The notes beneath the pieces were generated by a model. That model saw nothing but the letters and a program-made list of their open reading frames with translations. It was not told the DNA's origin and did not search any database. Made by a program: the position numbers and the translations under genes. From assembly GCA_030704615.1 (NCBI GenBank), contig CM060732.1, forward strand, positions 61,256,001 to 61,320,000: a stretch of DNA of 64,000 bases, written 5' to 3'. Of this stretch, positions 62,027 to 64,000 are shown in pieces (the stretch's first letter is position 1; the number at the start of each line of letters is the position of its first letter). The DNA comes from Takakia lepidozioides (lineage: Eukaryota; Plantae; Bryophyta).

Positions 62027-64000
62027 TTACAGCTCAGCATGGATTTGCTCGATTGGTGGATGCGATTTGTCATCTGCAAAAAACGTATGTCCGTTGTAGT
62101 TCACCTCAATACAGCTGCGACCAGGCTCCATTCCGACCCCCCTGTCCATCATTTTCCTCACTTTTACAGTAAGATCCCGCCTGCCAGCCACAGCATAGAT
62201 GTTCGATAGTAGCACATAAGTTGCAGCATCATGTGGATCCCACCTGAGAATGTGTTTTGCTGCACGCTCTGCCACTTTCACATTGCCATGAATTCTGCAA
62301 GCAGCAAGCAAGGCCCCCCATACTGCAAGAGCTGGTTCGAATGGCATTTTGTTAATGAGCTCCTCAGCTTCATCCACTCGCCCTGCACGGCCAAAGAGGT
62401 CCACCATGCAGCCAAAATGCTCTACTGTAGGAGCGAGGAAATTGTCTTGACTCATGGAATCAAAGTAGTGATTGCCTTCATCCACTAGGCCTGTATGACT
62501 ACATGCAGAGAGAACACATGTAAAGGTGACACTGTTTGGCATCAATCCTTCCTGTTGCATGTATTCAAATAGTTGCAGGGCCTCTCTACCACACCCATGC
62601 TGAGCATATCCTGCAATTATTGCATTCCATGATACCACATCTCTTTCAGCCATACTGTCAAATACTAGATGCGCATCCTCTACACTACCACATTTGGCAT
62701 ACATGTCCATAATGGTATTCTCAAGAGCGATATCCGGCATGATTTGAGATTTGATGATAGCAGCATGGACATCTTTGCCCTTTTCCAGTGCTGCAAGGTT
62801 GGCACACGCATTGAGAATGGAAATGAATGTAACTTTGTCCGGCATCATCCTTTCCTGTATCATTTGCTTGTAGATATTGAAGGCCTCCACACCACACCCA
62901 TGGTGAGCATATCCTGCAATCATCGCATTCCATGCGACCACATCTCGCTCAGCCATGTTGTCAAACACTTCGCGGGCATCCTTCACGCTCCCACATTTGG
63001 GATACATGTGGACAAGGGTAGTCTCAAGAATGACATCTGGCACAAGCCCAGCTTTGATGATGTCGGCATGGATCTCTTTGCCCTTTTCCAGAGCTGCAAG
63101 GCCGGCACAGGCATTGAGAACGCAAATGAACGTGACCTTGTCGGGTGTAATCCCTTCCCGTATCAATTGCTTATACATCTCCAAAGCCTCCATACTGTAC
63201 CCATGCTGAGCATATCCTGCTATCATGGCACTCCATGACACCACATTCCGTTTAGCAATATTGTTGAACACTTTACACGCAGCTTTGATGCTCCCACATT
63301 TGACATACATGTCAATTAAGGTATTCTCCACAACGATATTTGGCAAACTCCCAGCTTTGATGATGGCCGTGTGGACCTCTATGCCCTTTTCCAGGGCTGC
63401 CAGGCCTGCACACGCCTTGAGAACACTAATAAAAGTTACCGCATTGGGTGTCACCCCTTCCCCTGTCATTTGGTCATACATCTCTAGACCCTCCTTACAA
63501 CATCCATGCTGGGCATATCCTGCAATTAATGCACTCCATGAGACCACATTATGTTGAGCCATATTGTTGAACACCCGACGCGCCTCCTTTAAAATCCCGC
63601 ATTTAGCGTACATGTTCACAATGGCAGTCCCTAGAATTATATCTAGCACAATTCCAGCTTTGTCAATGTCATTGTGGACCCCTCTGCCCCGCTCCTGGTA
63701 TGCCGGGCTGGCACACGCATTGAGAACAGAAATAAATGTGACCCTGTTGGCAGTCACCCCTTCTCGTGCCATCTGGTCATAGACCTCCAAAGCCTCCTTG
63801 TCACACCCATTCTGAGCATATCCTGTGATCATTGCGTTCCATGAGACTACATTTCGCTGACTCATGTTATCAAATACTTGCCTCGCATCTTTTATGCCAC
63901 TGCATTTGGCATACATAGCAACAAGGGCTGTATCCAGAATAACATGTGATGGAAGTCCAGCTATGATTATATCAGCATGTATCATTTTACCTCTTTCCAG
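62027..64000 (-). CDS. PLS-class pentatricopeptide repeat protein with E/E+ extension (organellar RNA-editing factor type); 5' end beyond the window
   Basis: Repeated MYAKCG..A..VF..M..R.VVSWNAMI.GYAQHG motifs, then LSACSHTGLV, CMVDLFGRAG, WGALLAACRIHG, YVLLSNIYA, PGRSCIEV..HTF..D.SHP. Confidence 0.95.
   Translation of the reverse strand: MERGKMIHADIIIAGLPSHVILDTALVAMYAKCSGIKDARQVFDNMSQRNVVSWNAMITGYAQNGCDKEALEVYDQMAREGVTANRVTFISVLNACASPAYQERGRGVHNDIDKAGIVLDIILGTAIVNMYAKCGILKEARRVFNNMAQHNVVSWSALIAGYAQHGCCKEGLEMYDQMTGEGVTPNAVTFISVLKACAGLAALEKGIEVHTAIIKAGSLPNIVVENTLIDMYVKCGSIKAACKVFNNIAKRNVVSWSAMIAGYAQHGYSMEALEMYKQLIREGITPDKVTFICVLNACAGLAALEKGKEIHADIIKAGLVPDVILETTLVHMYPKCGSVKDAREVFDNMAERDVVAWNAMIAGYAHHGCGVEAFNIYKQMIQERMMPDKVTFISILNACANLAALEKGKDVHAAIIKSQIMPDIALENTIMDMYAKCGSVEDAHLVFDSMAERDVVSWNAIIAGYAQHGCGREALQLFEYMQQEGLMPNSVTFTCVLSACSHTGLVDEGNHYFDSMSQDNFLAPTVEHFGCMVDLFGRAGRVDEAEELINKMPFEPALAVWGALLAACRIHGNVKVAERAAKHILRWDPHDAATYVLLSNIYAVAGRRDLTVKVRKMMDRGVGMEPGRSCIEVNYNGHTFFADDKSHPPIEQIHAEL

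Noticed and set aside
62231-63782. Plus-strand ORFs overlapping the PPR gene, and similar antisense ORFs over the retroelements
   Set aside because: These are shadow ORFs of real coding sequence on the opposite strand with no independent motifs.

Overview
Repeat-dense land-plant nuclear DNA. A non-seed plant is likely; this is inferred from the Replitron, the CRE-type retroelement and the PLS-PPR gene. Host genes: an intact 6-exon glutathione peroxidase (+, 18536/18806-23618), a PLS-class PPR gene with a decayed DYW tail (-, ~61850-64000, start outside the window), an FPA/SPEN-like RRM remnant, two PPR fragments and an orphan 209-aa ORF. The rest is deeply nested transposons, many with ends and target-site duplications (TSDs) readable by eye. 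(1) A fold-back MITE contains a hAT element (8-bp TSD), which contains a Replitron HUH element. (2) A CRE/RLE non-LTR element contains a non-autonomous CACTA (3-bp TSD), which contains a 6.3-kb element with 29-bp terminal inverted repeats (TIRs). That element encodes an atypical DDD-type transposase, an FCP1/HAD phosphatase-like ORF and telomere-like repeats. (3) A TIR element contains a scrambled L1. (4) A Ty3/Gypsy element with a dUTPase-like domain between protease and RT contains a chromovirus whose 3' LTR is half inverted. The best candidates for something undescribed are the phosphatase-carrying TIR transposon and the dUTPase-carrying Gypsy element. Four separate elements show local inversion or block rearrangement. 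All family names come from motif recognition by eye; no database searches were run.
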